The position numbers and the translations under genes were made by a program. A model generated the notes under the pieces. The model ran no database searches, had not been told where the DNA came from, and was given only the letters and a program-made list of their open reading frames with translations. A stretch of DNA of 64,000 bases from the human T2T-CHM13v2.0 reference genome, Homo sapiens. The stretch lies in assembly GCF_009914755.1 (NCBI RefSeq), contig NC_060935.1. One strand, 5' to 3'. Shown one piece after another: positions 22,781 through 60,543 of this stretch. How positions within the stretch are numbered: position 1 is the first letter of the stretch; each line of letters opens with the position of its first letter.

Positions 22781-23782
22781 ACTGTCAAAAGGGCCAACAC
22801 CTGTGGGTGTGGGATGGGCTGTTGCTTTTGTTGTGAGCCGTATTGAGTGGGCGTGAGGTAGTTAAACTGAGAGTGCCACAGTGCCAGGCCATGGTGCATC
22901 CCCAGGATTCAGGGCGGGCAGACGGCATGTGCTATCGGCAGAAGCCTTCGCCGGTCCGTCACTGGGTGCAGCAGACACCCCACCTGCCCCTCCGTATTCT
23001 GGCCCCTCATCATGGATACCCTTGGCAGGGAGGAACCCGGGGAAGTTGCCATCCTGTCTTTTGGGCGTTTGGTTTGCTTGCTTTTCCCTCTGTTGGGGCT
23101 GCGCGTGGGTGTGGATTCCCACAGTGGGCCTCTCACTGTGCCTTGAGGTCCTGGACTGGGGCTCCCAAGGTTAAACACAGAGCAGTTTTTTCCATGACAG
23201 CACCACCTTTTTACTTTTGGCTGGTTCACCATTGGCAGGGCAAGGCCGCTGGGTAGGGTGTGCAGTTGAGTGCTGGCCACAGGCTCCTGGGCCAGGTGAT
23301 GGGGGGATTGAATCTGGTAGGGGCTGTGTCCGAGGGAGCAGGGCCTGCTCCTAGAAGTCTGCACAGGGGTACCAGTTGCCAGTCATGGGCCTGGGCTGGG
23401 GCCACTCTCCGGGGCACCCACCTACGTCAAAGGTGATTCACTGAAGGGGAGACCTGGATGACCGGGTTCGACAGCCCTTCATTGCGTTTTAATTTAAATG
23501 AACAATTCGTAAGCAATGATCGCCTGGTGCTGTCCAGACCCTGAGATGCGTGGTTGGGAAGGCCGACCTCATGTTCCTCCCAGAGCATGCCCAGGGTTCA
23601 TGTCCCGGGGTCTGCGCTCTGGGCAGTGGTCCCCATGCCTCTGGGGGAAGCCCCCTTCTTCTCACCCAAGCCCCTGCTTTCTTCTCCAAGCTGGACCTCA
23701 CAAAATGTGAACATCTTCCCCAGCGGGGTGCAGGGGAAGAGCGGGTGAGAGGGTCTGAGTGGTGGCGCCTCTCTCCCTGCAG

Positions 23783-45630
<21,848 letters not shown>

Positions 45631-46171
45631 GGGCCGGGGCCACCCAAATGTGTACACCTGCGGGGCCACCCATCGTCCACCCCAGTGTGCACGCCTGCAG
45701 GCTGGAGACTGGACCGCTGACTGCACCAGCGCCCCCAGAACATACACTGTGAACTCAATCTCCAGGGCTCCAAATCTGCCTAGAAAACCTCTCGCTTCCT
45801 CAGCCTCCAAAGTGGAGCTGGGAGGTAGAAGGGGAGGACACTGGTGGTTCTACTGACCCAACTGGGGGCAAAGGTTTGAAGACACAGCCTCCCCCGCCAG
45901 CCCCAAGCTGGGCCGAGGCGCGTTTGTGCATATCTGCCTCCCCTGTCTCTAAGGAGCAGCGGGAACGGAGCTTCGGGGCCTCCTCAGTGAAGGTGGTGGG
46001 GCTGCCGGATCTGGGCTGTGGGGCCCTTGGGCCACGCTCTTGAGGAAGCCCAGGCTCGGAGGACCCTGGAAAACAGACGGGTCTGAGACTGAAATTGTTT
46101 TACCAGCTCCCAGGGTGGACTTCAGTGTGTGTATTTGTGTAAATGAGTAAAACATTTTATTTCTTTTTAGG
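45631..46171 (+). other. ST14: ST14 3' UTR (end approximate)
   Basis: Follows the stop codon; ends ~20 nt after AGTAAA, followed by T-rich sequence. Confidence 0.8.
46146..46151 (+). terminator. Non-canonical polyadenylation signal AGTAAA
   Basis: No AATAAA seen in the UTR; AGTAAA is preceded by TGTA motifs (46130, 46138) and followed by a T-rich tract. Confidence 0.75.
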
Positions 46172-46676
46172 TAAGTTTCTTTTCCTACTGGAGTTGCGCC
46201 CTCCTTCCTCCTTTTTCCTACTCGATTTGCAAGAAATTGGATGTACATTCCCCTCAGCACAGACCCTGGAGTCAGGCTGGGTGGGGCCCACAGTGCCGTT
46301 GCCTTCTCTAGGCCAGCAAGGGGCTGGTTTTGCTCTGACCTGTAGCTTCCAAGACCAGGGGCCTGGTGCCCTGGTAGGAGGGAAATGCGGGTTGGCGAGG
46401 TGGGGAGACGAATGTTGGGGGGTGCACTGGTGCCCAGGCCTGGGTCCAACCTAGGAGAGGGAGGAGCTTTGTCAGAGGAAGATGGGCGGAAGCGTGGCTT
46501 CGTGTTTGGTGGGGAGGTGGCCCTGTGAGCGCACACACTCACGGGGACAGATGTGAGTCTGGGCATGAAGACCTGGCTGTCTCTCTAGTGAAGGCTGAGC
46601 AGATGGGTCCCAAGGCCTTGGAGGAGGGGTGCTGCCTGGCTGAAGGGCACCCACACCTCCCGTGCCATCCCCCTTG

Positions 46677-46973
46677 ATTTTTTCTTTTTTCTTTTTTTTT
46701 TTTTTTTGAGTCAGGGTCTTGCTCTGTCACCCAGGCTGGAATGCAGTGACATGATCACAGTTCATTGCAGCCTCAGTCTCCTGGGCTCAAGCTATCCTCC
46801 TGCCTCAGCCTCCTGAGCAGCTGGGACTAGAGGTGCCCACCACCACACCTGGCTAAGTTGTTTTTTTTTTTTTGTACAGACAGGGTCTCACTATGTTTCC
46901 CAGGCTGGTCTCGAACTCCTGGGCTCAAGTCATCTTCCCGTGTTGGGCTCGTGCTGAGCCACCACCCCCAGCC
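46677..46973 (-). mobile_element. AluJ
   Basis: Antisense Alu. Confidence 0.88.
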
Positions 46974-49751
46974 TCCCTAGATTTTTACTTAATAATTTAA
47001 AATATTTCCTCTCTTCTTGCTTGGTGGCCTGAAGGGACAATGTCAACAATCTGGGGAAGGCTTAGGGAGCTTTTGGGGGAACATTTGAGGGCTTCTTGTA
47101 TGCTGATGCGCCACATGGGCTTGGGGCAGGGAAGAGGACCTGGGGAGAGAAATGACATGGCCAGTGTCAGGAGGGCAGAAGGTAGCCTTGGCTCACCGCT
47201 ATGTCCCCAGCTCAGGCTTGTCTTAGAACATGCTGATATGTGTTTGTTCAATGAATGGTTTTTTGCCTGCCATGAGTTATGGAAACAAAAAGGAGGAAAT
47301 ATAGTCTGATTGGAGCAACACTGCAAGGCTTCTCGGGGGAGGTGGGGTTTGCAGAGCCTCTTTCATTTTAGCCTGAGTGTTTTACCTCTTTGAGGGAGGG
47401 AGTGTTGCCTAGAACCTGTGCGAGAATCTGTCGCATTTTCCTCCCTGGGGAGGGAAAGAACATCTGTTCTTACCAAGGCGTGGGAAGTAGAATGAGGATG
47501 ATGCTGAAGGACTCCTGTGCGTGTTGTAAATGTCATTCCTTTTCTGCCCTGACATGGTCATTCCCACCTGATCGCATCGGACAGAAGTGCCCAGTGCAGG
47601 CGCTGAGGGAATGGTCTATGTTAAATGGAGAGGTTTCACGAGGCCTGTGTGTGGTCTGGTTCCTAAGTGTGCGTGAGCCTGGCAGCCGGGGCTTGGCCGG
47701 GGTGTAGACATGGTCATCCATGCAGTGGGATTCAGGGAGGCCAGCCCAGCCCGTGCCACTGCACCACCCTCAGCTCCATTGTGGCTTGACAGTGTTCTGG
47801 ACTGCTCACTCCCCCCGGTCAGATTCCCACCCGGGGAGCAGGTGAAAACACAGATGGCTAGCCTTCAGGGTCATCCCACCCTTTCCGGGACTCTCTGCGG
47901 GAGGTCTGAGTGGGACAAGGCGTGTCGTCTGTGGCAGTGTTTCTCTCGGGAGGTCCCTGGGCAGGAATATCGAGATCTCCTGGGACTCATAGGTGCAGAG
48001 TCTCATGCTTCATCCAGACCTCCTGAACAGAAACTGGTGGGCCCGCTGGGTGGGGCCAGTGGCCTGTGCTCTAAGAAGCGTTCCTGTGAGGTTGGAGAGC
48101 ACCGTTTTAGCAGTGGGTCATGCCATTCCAAGTGCCACGGAGCAGCAGCATCACCAGGTGCTCCATCAGATGCCCAGAGCCGCAGTTTGCAGGACATCCT
48201 TGGTCCTTGGGGGATCCTGGAAGCCTGCCTGAATGTCGAGAAGCATTTGAGCCCTGGAAAATCAATCATGTGTCAGTGCCTTTAAAAAGATTATGGGGCC
48301 AAATCCTGTGTTACTTCTGGCTGGAGTTCAGAAGATCAGGCTGAGACTCCCTAACTCGCCAGAGGCCAGACACATCACGCAGGCCCCGCGCCGATAGCTC
48401 TCACGAAGGCAGAAGTCTCTGGTCCAAGAGCCTGAGCTGACAGGGTGGGAATACCAGCAGGCTAGAGCCATTCCTCCTTGCTGAGGATGGCAGTCCAGAC
48501 CTGCAGCAGCTGGGAGAGGCCAGAGGCCTGCGTAGGTCTGTGCTGACCAGCCTTTCCTTCACCCAGGTGAAGGCCACAGCAGAGGTCTGAAGGGTTAGAG
48601 GAGGAGGTGGGAGGGCCAGGCTGAGGGCCCCACGTGCACAGGTGCCCTGCACAGCAAGCTGGCCTCACAGGGGAAGAGTGCAGGGCTGCTGCTGCGCTCC
48701 CACAAGCTCAGTGCAGCCCCGCAGAGGCTTTCCCCTACTGACTAGCTGCTTTCGTTGCTGAGATCTCAAGATGATCCAACTCTCTGATCCCCCTAAACTA
48801 CCTTGTATCGCCATTGTTTTAGCTAGGAATCATAACCATGTAAATTTAATGAAAATTTAACCCGACTCCTGCTTATTGCAGCCATGGCGAGTCCTACTCA
48901 GACCTAGAGTCTGCAGGAATCACAGTGAAATTTGGATTAGGAAGGACTTTATGGAAAAGGAAATGTTTAAAATCCTGGGCCCAGTTTGGAGGTCTCCAGA
49001 GACCTAGCGCTACGGACCCCAGGGGCTGAGAAGCTGTTGTTCAGGTCGACGGCCACACGGTGGCGATGTTGCGCCGTTCCAGGGCGTGGGCGCTCACGGG
49101 TGGGGCGGGGTGTCCGGGGCCGTCTGTTGTTGGCGGCTGCCTTCTGCTGCTTCCCAGTCACCTTTCAGGTAGTGAAATCGGTGCCTGGCTCAGGGTGAGC
49201 ATGGAAGAGGCCCCCAGCCTGAAGCCTTTCCTGGCCAGCCCTTCAGCCCCTTTAGTGCCCCCACCTCCAGTCTGTAGCCAGGACCTGCTGGCTCTCTGGC
49301 ATTGGGGCCTGGAGGACACATTCTCAGGGCAGGCTCTAAAGATGGCTTTTGAGATTGAGGACAGAGTGGTGACCTGTGGATGGCCACCAAGGTGGTGCCA
49401 TCTCTAAGTGGAACTTTATCCCATGAGACACAACCGGCCCCAGAGACAACTGTGCAGGGCCATTTACCACACGTGGGCATGTCTGTCCATACACATGTAC
49501 ACAGGTATTCTGGGGGCAGAGGGGTGTGTACGTGCGTGCGTGTGCTTGCGTGTGTGTGCGCGTGTGTGTGTGTGTTGGGGATTGTGCAGTCCTGGAATAG
49601 ACGGATTAGAATGTGCCACAAGAACATGACCTGGCTGCTACACCAGACGCCGTCTCCCTCCCCAGGAGCACCTGAGGGGCCTACAGACCCAAAGTTAGGT
49701 GCCTGTGACCAAACATTGCTTTTCACTTTTCATCAGTTTTGCAGGTTTGAG

Positions 49752-50001
49752 GCGTGTGTGTGTATGTGTGTGCATGTATGTGTGTATGTGTGTGCATGTA
49801 TGTGTGTATGTGGGTGTAGGCGCGTGTGTGCACGTGTGCGTGCATGCATGTATGTGCGTGCATGTGTGTATGTGTGGTGTGTGTGTGCACATGCGTGCAT
49901 GTGTTGCCCACCTGCAACTGCACGTTAGGGGTGTGTGTGTGCATAGTGTATGTGCGTGTGTGTGTGGTGTGTGTGCGTGCATGTGTGTATTTGTGTGTGT
50001 T
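49752..50001. repeat. Long imperfect (TG/CA/TA)n tract; a shorter one at 49524-49574
   Basis: Alternating purine-pyrimidine sequence. Confidence 0.9.
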
Positions 50002-50458
50002 GCTCACCTGCAATCACAGGTGAGGAAAATTGGATCTTCAGCCAGTGATTCTCAGATACTTGAATTTCTTGGAGCAGTGAGCTGAAAGGAGAAACACGGT
50101 CCAGCACATCCAGCGCTTATGAAGATCGCCTCCCGAGTGCTCTAAGGGCTTTCTGAGTCGTATTTCATTTCAACCTCACACAGCCCCATGGTCTTTCCCA
50201 CTTTATAGATAGAACACCAAGGCACCAAAAATCTGAATAACCTGCCCAAAGGCCCCACACTCAGGAAATATGGTATTGAATGTCAGTGATTTGGCTCCAG
50301 AGCCAGCACTGTGCTCTATCATATCCATCTATATCACGCATATATACATCTATCTATCACATACATATCAGCACTGTGCTCTATCATACACATCCACACC
50401 GTGTACTATATATCAGTAGCATACTGTCACCAGCATTTCATAAAGAAAGGAGATCTTA

Positions 50459-50818
<360 letters not shown>

Positions 50819-53654
50819 TTAAATGCTTTAATTTTTGTGCAAACACTTGAAACTGTCTCAGCAGCAAATATGTGTGGATCAGCATTTGGGAATTGTCCTC
50901 CAATGAGTCCTCTTTCTTTTGGGAATCCTGACAAACCTTCCAGAGACCTTCAGGTTGTGAGATGTTCCTGCCAGAAGACCCATTTTCCAGGCTAGGGGTT
51001 TGCTCTAGGCTGGTCATGCACTTGTCTTCCATCTGCATTGCCACCCTCGATGGCATTGCTTCTTGGGTTCCTGGAGTCCACTCAGCCAGACGGAAGGTGA
51101 TTTTCATTAGCCACGATGCCACCTCAATTTGCTCAGTGAGGATGGTTGATGGGGACAGGGAAGGGAGTAGAGTGTTGGTTGAAGGAGGTGAGGACAACAG
51201 CTATCTCAGGCCAGGCCACCGGGCCATTCCTCAGGGTGACAATCAGGAACGGAACTTGGAAAGGCCCCAAACACCACTAAGAATGATGAGACCAAACCCC
51301 AAAGAAGGAATGGGAGTATTTCTCCCCTGGTTTCATATCTTGGGACTGCCTAGAAGATGGTTCAAGCTGCTGTCCCATGAGATGACCAGCACAGCGTTGA
51401 CAATGGGGGAAGACATCAGGGTGGGCATCCATTAGGGGTGTAGGGGGCACAGGTGCAACCCACAGCCAGGAGGTGCCTGCAGAGGGGCTAGCCTGGCTCT
51501 ACGCCAGGGCTTGGCTGGCCACCAAGGAGAAGCCTGTGTATAGACACCTTCCCATGCAGGCTGTTCCCTGCCCTGCAAGCTGATGCGTATATGACACGAA
51601 TTGCTTCTGTGACCTGATATGCCTACAGCGAGGACACTATATTTTGATAAAGAGATCCTCTTAGGATTTCAGCGGGCTTGACTATCCTTTTCCTATTTCT
51701 CTCCTTTTCTCCTCCAGAGGAATGTCTCCTCCCAAGTTCCACTGTCCTGTGCCTGCAACTCGGAGACCATGTGTTCATTCTACCCTTTCCACTCACTCCC
51801 ATCGTTTCCTAAAAAGCCACTGTCCAGAGCTGCTTGCGGGTATGGGTGGGACTCAGCTCCATTGTCTGTTTATTCCATAGTCTCAGCACCTTCCAGCGGG
51901 AGGGATGTGTGTGTTTTCCTAGGATGGAAACTTAGCTCTCCCTTGCCCTTGGCTTGGCTGCAGGCTCCCTCCCCGACGCGCTGCTTTCACCTTGGAGGTT
52001 ATCACTGTTCCCCTGCCCACACCCCTGGATCAAGAATAACCCAGCCTCTGCGCCAGACCCTCTGGAACTTCATATGGTCTCGTTTAACTCAATAGGGAAA
52101 GAGCTCAACAGGGAAATTCTACCACCCTCAGCCTGTGTGCTTTTTCCACAGAGCTCTGAGGTTGCAGTGTGAGGGAGGGGGTCGAGGGACCAGGCCCACC
52201 CAGGAAGGGTGGAGAAGATCTCAGTCTTCATGCAGAAGGACATTCGGAGAACAGCTCCCAGAATACACTGGGTATCTGACACCTCTTTGCAGCTCATAAT
52301 CCAATTCCCATCCAAATCCCAATGAAGACAAATAGGACAGAAGAAATGTATAGGCATAAACTAGGAAAAAAATGAAATCTGTTTGACACATGTGACTCTG
52401 TTGCAAAAGAATGGGTAACAAGCTTACTTGAATGAGCCAAGGGAAAGGATGAGAGAAGCAGCCGCTCATTAATTCAACAAATCAGGCATCTGTGACTGCG
52501 GAAAGGGCACCCGGTGTAGGCTGGGGGCATCGGGCCCCCAGATGAGGCAGACACTTGGGAAACAAGGTCCTGGGCACGTCTGGGCGGGCAGACAGGTCAC
52601 ATTCCTGGCAGGGTCAGGTCACGGGGTCTGGCCGACCAGCCTGAGCCGAGCACAGGAAAGGTGCCTCTCTGGGGCCTTCTGGGGTGTGTGCGGGGACCTT
52701 TATGACCCTCCAAGGCTCAGTGGAGTTGCTGTTTCCCAGGAAAGCAGCTGCCTGAGGGACATCCTTTCAGAACTGGAACCTCACGGTTGGAAAGAACCTG
52801 AAATTCAAGGTGACCTACGCCAGATGCCCACGAGGCATTTTAATCCGTCCTAATGTGGGAGCACGGACAGGCCCGTCCAGCCTGGGACCCCACTGTGCTT
52901 CCACCCCGTCTTTGTGCCCCTGACCTTGCCAAGTGGGATGCCAAGCGGCCTCTTCCTGTCCCCTGCGCTGGATGTGAGAGCTGGAGAGGCCCTGGAAGAG
53001 TGACTGCTCCAATCTGTATGTCAAAGAAGTGTCAGGGACTCTGGCGGCGTGGATGCATCCTCTCACTTCACCTCTCACTTCAGCGTCATCACAGTCCTCG
53101 GGAGTGGGTTCTGTCATTCCCAGTTATAGGAGAGGACGCTGTGGCCGTGCAGATAGAGAGCCTGCTGCTCACGGTTCCTCAGTAGGGGAAGAGAAGGGTG
53201 CACCTGGGCCACTGGGTCCACCCGCACAGCCTCCTGCAGCCAATGCATGCTCCACCTGGGGCTTTAGGTGCTGGAGCCAGGACCTCTCTCGCCAGGTCAT
53301 AAACTCACTGGCTTAGGCACACGTGGAAAAGGCCAAAACAGACTTTCGCTGGCAGGACTCCAACCCGGCTCCATTAGCATTTCAAAATCTTCCCCATGTC
53401 CTTTCTTTCCTTGGCCACCCCCAGCAGCCCCTGGGCATTTCCCTCTCTAAGGGGCCAAACCATCTGCTTCGTCTTACTCCTCTGCCTGGGGCAGTGTGGA
53501 CTGGAGGGAGAATATGTTTCCTTGAGGTCTTGGCCGTGGGCACTAGAACAACATGTTCTGTCCTCTGATTCAGGAGGATCAGCCTGTGACCCTCGTCTTC
53601 CTCCCTGAGCAGTTCAGTTCTGCTGAAGGCTGCTTGGCCTTGCGGGAAGCTTAA

Positions 53655-54286
<632 letters not shown>

Positions 54287-55300
54287 TGGTTTAGTTTTTA
54301 AAATAATGTTTTGTAAGTTTGGGTTCAGTAAAGATGATTTGGGCCTGGTTCAGTGTCCGCCCTGGGACTCACTGCAGTGAGGGCAGCAGGGAACGCACAG
54401 TGTGTTTCAGCGGGGCCAGCTGGGCAGCAGGGCAGGATGGATGTGTGGTTCAGAAGGCAGCTTTGGGCAGCCCACCTCTCTCCACAAGCCCCTGCCCACA
54501 CGGTTTATGGTGCGTCTTGGTGAAGCATAGACGTCGAACACCTGTGTTTCCATGAGTAGAAACATCAGGCCTGGAGGCCTCAGATTTGGACACCGCTGTG
54601 AAGGTGGCGTTCCAGGGGCTGGCCGGGCTACCTTCCTGTGCCCTGACCCTCACCCCGGGTGTTTTGGGCATACAGTGGGGAACTCACTGTGTCTTGGAGA
54701 GGCTGGCAGACACCTAAAGTCCCACAAGCGTTTCCTGAACACTTGACCAAAACGGTCCATCTCTGCACACATGGAGCAGGCCTCACTTCTGTGACCTTGG
54801 AGAGTGGTAAGGGCTGGAGCCACACAGGAGTCCCTGGCACATTCCCGGGTTGGAGCAGGTTTATGGGAGGCCAAGGGAATTTGGGAACATGGTCACTACT
54901 ATGGGGAACCAAGTCCTCTCTTTGCTGTCTTCTCAGGAGTATAGAGATGCTCCTCAGATCACCTCTGCCAGAGCTTGGATTTCTTATTTAATGTACCTGG
55001 AAGCCTTCACATCTATAAAGCTTTTCTTCTCCAAGGTTAAATAATGCTGCTAACCTGCTATGTTCATATTAAGGCCTAGGGAAGTGGATGAAGACTTGGG
55101 GTGGGGCTTGCTAAGGTCCTGCAGAGCTGGCACGCACCACTTTCGGTACGGGGGCACCAAGGAGCACCCCGAGCCGTGAAGGGCTGGACTTCTCTGTGAA
55201 CAGTTCATAATTGGCGTTCCTTCATTTCCGAAAATGCCCAAGGGAGGGAGGAAGTATATTGAGGCTCATATCGTACTTGGGGTGTTTAACTGTAACCTGA

Positions 55301-55659
<359 letters not shown>

Positions 55660-57461
55660 TCACCCTTCTGTCTCCCCATGTGTTCATCTAGAGGGTACTC
55701 ACTGGCGTCTGTTTGCCAGGCCTTGTTCTAGGAACCAGGAGTACCGCTGGGATCCTCCGAATAACGCCTGGAGGGCAGCGAGGTGCAGGGAGGGGAAGGG
55801 ACGCGCATGGCAAGCTCCTGCCTCGCATCCCCACGCACCGAGAGCCCTCCTGCCTGCACGTCTACCACAGGCGGAAGGAGGGAACCTTCCAGAGGCAGAG
55901 GGTACGGGCTGAGTGGTTTGTAAACATTTCATCAGCACTCAGCCACTGAAGGATGAGTTTTTGGCTCTGGAAAGGTAAGCGTGTTTCTTACCACATGTTC
56001 CTGTCACTCTGGATCCACATGACCTGGAACCTGCCATGGCCACCCAGATGCTTTTCATCCTTCTTAAGATGCGTGAGCCTCCTCTGTTTTGGACACTGGC
56101 TATTCTTGTAACGGCACCGTGGACAACTTCTGGGAAGCATGCACCGAACCTTAGTGTCTCTGAGCACAGGTTACAGAGCTGCTCACTCCCCGCACCTACA
56201 GGTGGCCTCTTGGGATGCCGTGTGGGGAGAACCAGGGACGAGGCCCACACTCCGAGGTTCTGGAGCTTGGGCGCTGCATGCTGTGTGGGTGGCAGCTGGT
56301 TCCCCTGGAGACTGAGGGCTGCTGGGCAGAGCCGAGCTGCTTGGTGGTTTCCCTGCTCTTGGCTCTGCTCATCCCTCTGCCCCACTCCCTACCTACGCTT
56401 TCCTCTGGAAGAGGAACTGGAAAGTGCGCTGATGCACACGAGAGGTGGGGCAAACCGATGACTGTGCCTGGAACGGTCCAGGTGGAGAGACAATCAGCAA
56501 ATTGGGGCAATTCCTTCCACACCTGATGCCTGTTAACAGAGGCCAGTCAGGGGCTGGCTGCCACGGCAGGCTCCACGGGGAGCACGGCGATTTGTGTGTG
56601 TGGAAGGGCTCTTGTTGTCATGTACCTCATGGGTGGAGGCACAGGGCCCTACTGTCCAATCCCACCAGGGTCTGGGAGAAGGCATGTGGGTGGGCATGAC
56701 TGGTGGTTACAGAGCATTCCGATGACATGGGGAGGACTAGGGGTCCAAAGGTTCTCTCTTACTCAACTGGGGAGGCCTCTCCTTCAGTTTTCCCTACTCT
56801 CCATTGAGATAAGTTGTACACGTCTGTGTGTCTGTGTAGATACATGTGCATGTATTGGCGTACTTACAAAGCACAACGTAAAGTTAGAACTAACTCTTCC
56901 TCCAAAGCTAGTCTGTGCCAGTGTTTCTCTTGAGACCACAAGGAAATCCCTGCCGTGTGTGACAGCCTGTATCTATGTAGGGGACTGGAATGCTCATAGG
57001 CAAGTGGCGGGGGCGGGGTTCGTACTGGCACATATCGGGTACTATCGGATGAATCAATGCAAATGCACAATGCCCCTGTTTAAATCTCATCCCCTTCCCA
57101 GGCCTTCTCCAGGGCAGTTAAACGTTCTTATGAAAGCCATTTCATATCTACTGAATGAACACATGGCACATGCCCGTGAAGCACATCTGCACGCATAGGC
57201 ATTCTGCGTCCTACACGCAGGAGTAGCTGTGTAGTCAGCCAGACTCTCTGTGGGAAAGACGTGTCTCGGGATCTGACAGGTACAGGTCTTTTAAATGGCA
57301 TTTTAAATTCCCACAGATGCCAACAATTTGGATATGGAGAATGAGCTCTTTTAAAAATTAAAATCTATAAGTGCCGCAAGCACCTGCCTCTAGCTCACAG
57401 CCACAGGGTCCTTGGCTTGTGTTGGGGAAACAAGCTTCGACTTTGTCCAGGAAAAGCCATC

Positions 57462-57728
<267 letters not shown>

Positions 57729-60210
57729 CGACGCGGGGAATCTCTCCTTTAGCCTAATTCTGAAGCCCAACTCTTGAACTTGGCCTAATTCTTGCTCCAT
57801 TTTCTCTCAGACAGTTCCCTCTCAAAGAAACCAACAACAGAAAAGGGAGGTTGCCTAAGCGTTTAAGGCCACACACTTGGTGTTGCTACAGCTTAGAATG
57901 CAGCAGCTATTCTCTACGGTGCACAGAGGACACCTGGACTGAAGATCAGGTCCGCCTCTCCCCACTCTCCCCACCTACCACGTCTCCGTCAGCCCCGATG
58001 TCACGAACACACATCCCTTCCTCTCCAGCCCTACTCCCATCCCCTTCTTCTGGGTTCTTACCCGAAGTTCTGTTGTAACTCAGGGGTCTCAGTTAAGTCC
58101 GTATGCATCCCTTTAATCTGCTTTTAATATTTCTAGAGAGGGCTCTGATGTTTCTGTGCTCGAAAATGTGAGACGATTCTCGATTTCCTACCAAATATAG
58201 CTGCAGTTCTTCAGGCCTTCTCTGACCTGGTGCTAGTCTAGTTTACAAGGTTTTCTTCCACTCTTTCCCTTCAGGGATCCTGCAAGGCTCAGCAAGCTAC
58301 ACTCCTTCTGTTCCCTCAACCTCTGAGGCTGCGTATTGCTTCCCGGAGTCATCTCCTTCTCCGTCACTTGTCTGTACAAATCCTACATCTCTTCCCAAGG
58401 AAGACCCAGCTCAAGTGGTGCCTCTGCCATGCTACCTTCCCTCACCCCTCCAGCCAGGTCTCCCACTTCTTCAAATTTCCAAAGTATACTTTTTGGTGTT
58501 TCTCTCAGGGCAATCAGTTATTTCTATCAGTTGTATTTCTGTAATTCTTCTTTACTTCTGCTTACTTCCATAAGTTCCTTAAGGGCAGAGACTTCATTCA
58601 TTCAAACAACCTTGGGCCTGGGGACCCCCTGGTACAAGAAACAGATACGGTCACTGTCCTAGTGGAACTTGATGTAATGGGGTTTAGTCCAGCTGTTTAG
58701 TCAGTTACATTAGTAATAGAAGCGCAGGATGTTATGTGAACATAATACAAAGTCTCAACCTAGCAGGAAAGGCTCTGGGAGAGCTTCCTTAAGAAGGGAT
58801 ACTTAATATGAACTTAATGGATGAGGAAACCAGGTGAAGGGGAGAAAAACGGCAGATGCCAGTGTCCTAAAGAACAGTTCGGGGAAAGTCTAGCCAGGCT
58901 GATAGCAGTTGTTCTGAGGATTAAAGTTAGTATTAATTCATAACTCCTACAGCCTATTTCAGACCCTCATTTAAAAACGAGTGAGACTCTGAGACATTTG
59001 CTGAAGTGAGAGTTGAGGCTAATCATCAGGCAGTCTGATGAAAATAATTCTAGGTATTCTGTCCTAAAGTTCCCGGGTAAGTACCTGTAAGCACTGTCGT
59101 ACATGGAGCTTATGACCACTTCTTGGCAACATTTAATCATTCCTTTGACAGTTTTTGAGTTCTCTGTACCAGGTACTACAGAGGACACACAAATAGAAGG
59201 CATATTCCCTGATCTCAAGAATGTAGTCAGGTGAGGGAGACACGCGAGCGTGATGCCAGTCTTGTAATCAACAGATGAGGCTTCTGAAGTGGTCACAACA
59301 TACGAGGCATGGTTCTAAGCATTTTACATGTAACTCACTCGATTCTCACAACTCCTCTGAGGTAGATTTTGCAAGGCTGTGTGGCTGAGAAGTGGTTTGG
59401 TAAAGGCAAACAAAATCTACTGTGGGAATCTACAGGAGTGAGTCAACCTCAAACCGAGGCAGGTAGAAGGGGAGTGTGAGGGCTGAGGGGCGGGTTCCGG
59501 GGGAGTGGGGGGCAGGAGGCTTTCGGCAGGGCAGTGGCCTGATTAGAAAGATGACTGCAGTAGCAATGCCAAGGATGGACTGGAAGGAAGCCCAGCTGAA
59601 GGGAGGGAATGGCAGCAAGGAGGCTGGTGCTGTTATTAGGCCAGAAACAACACAGGCTCGGATGAAGCTAGTAGCAGCAGGGATGAATAATGGAAAATGT
59701 TATCAACAGGGCTGTGAAGGATAACCCTGTGGAGGTATTAAATAGATGACAGCACATGAGAAAAAATCGACCAGTGCACATCTTTAGAAAATGGTCACGA
59801 GCACTTCCTTTCACACCGTAAGAAAAAGTTACAATGGCTCTCCTTTAAGGTAATTTAGACACAGCCACCTGGAGAATTCACATTTCCCTCCAGCATTACC
59901 CTCCCTCAAAGGTTTCACAAAGTGCCAATGCACAAAAGAACCCCAATTCCTGTTCTTCCAGGAACTGTGTTTGGGAGAGAGCCGAGTCCACAGAGACTCC
60001 ACCAAGTCAATACCTCTTGAGACTCCAGCCCTGTTCACGGCCTGATTTCTCAGTGGATCTTTCTCCCTGTAATGGGCAGGAAGGGCACCGTTTACGTGGA
60101 TCACACATCTGTTAGTACTTTTCCTGTTTATCTTACTGGGTTTCTCAAGATCAAATAGCTAAAAAGTGCTAGCAGTTTATAAACCGTAAAACAAAATGAA
60201 AAGGATTGTT

Positions 60211-60543
<333 letters not shown>

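Noticed and set aside
49380-50085. Cys/Val- or His/Thr-rich ORFs
   Set aside because: Translations of (TG)n/(CA)n microsatellite.
50304-50388. 20-bp direct repeat CAGCACTGTGCTCTATCATA, 65 bp apart
   Set aside because: Simple slippage duplication in low-complexity TA/CA sequence.
56596-57198. 200-aa intergenic ORF
   Set aside because: No domain similarity, splice context or coding-like pattern that I can see.
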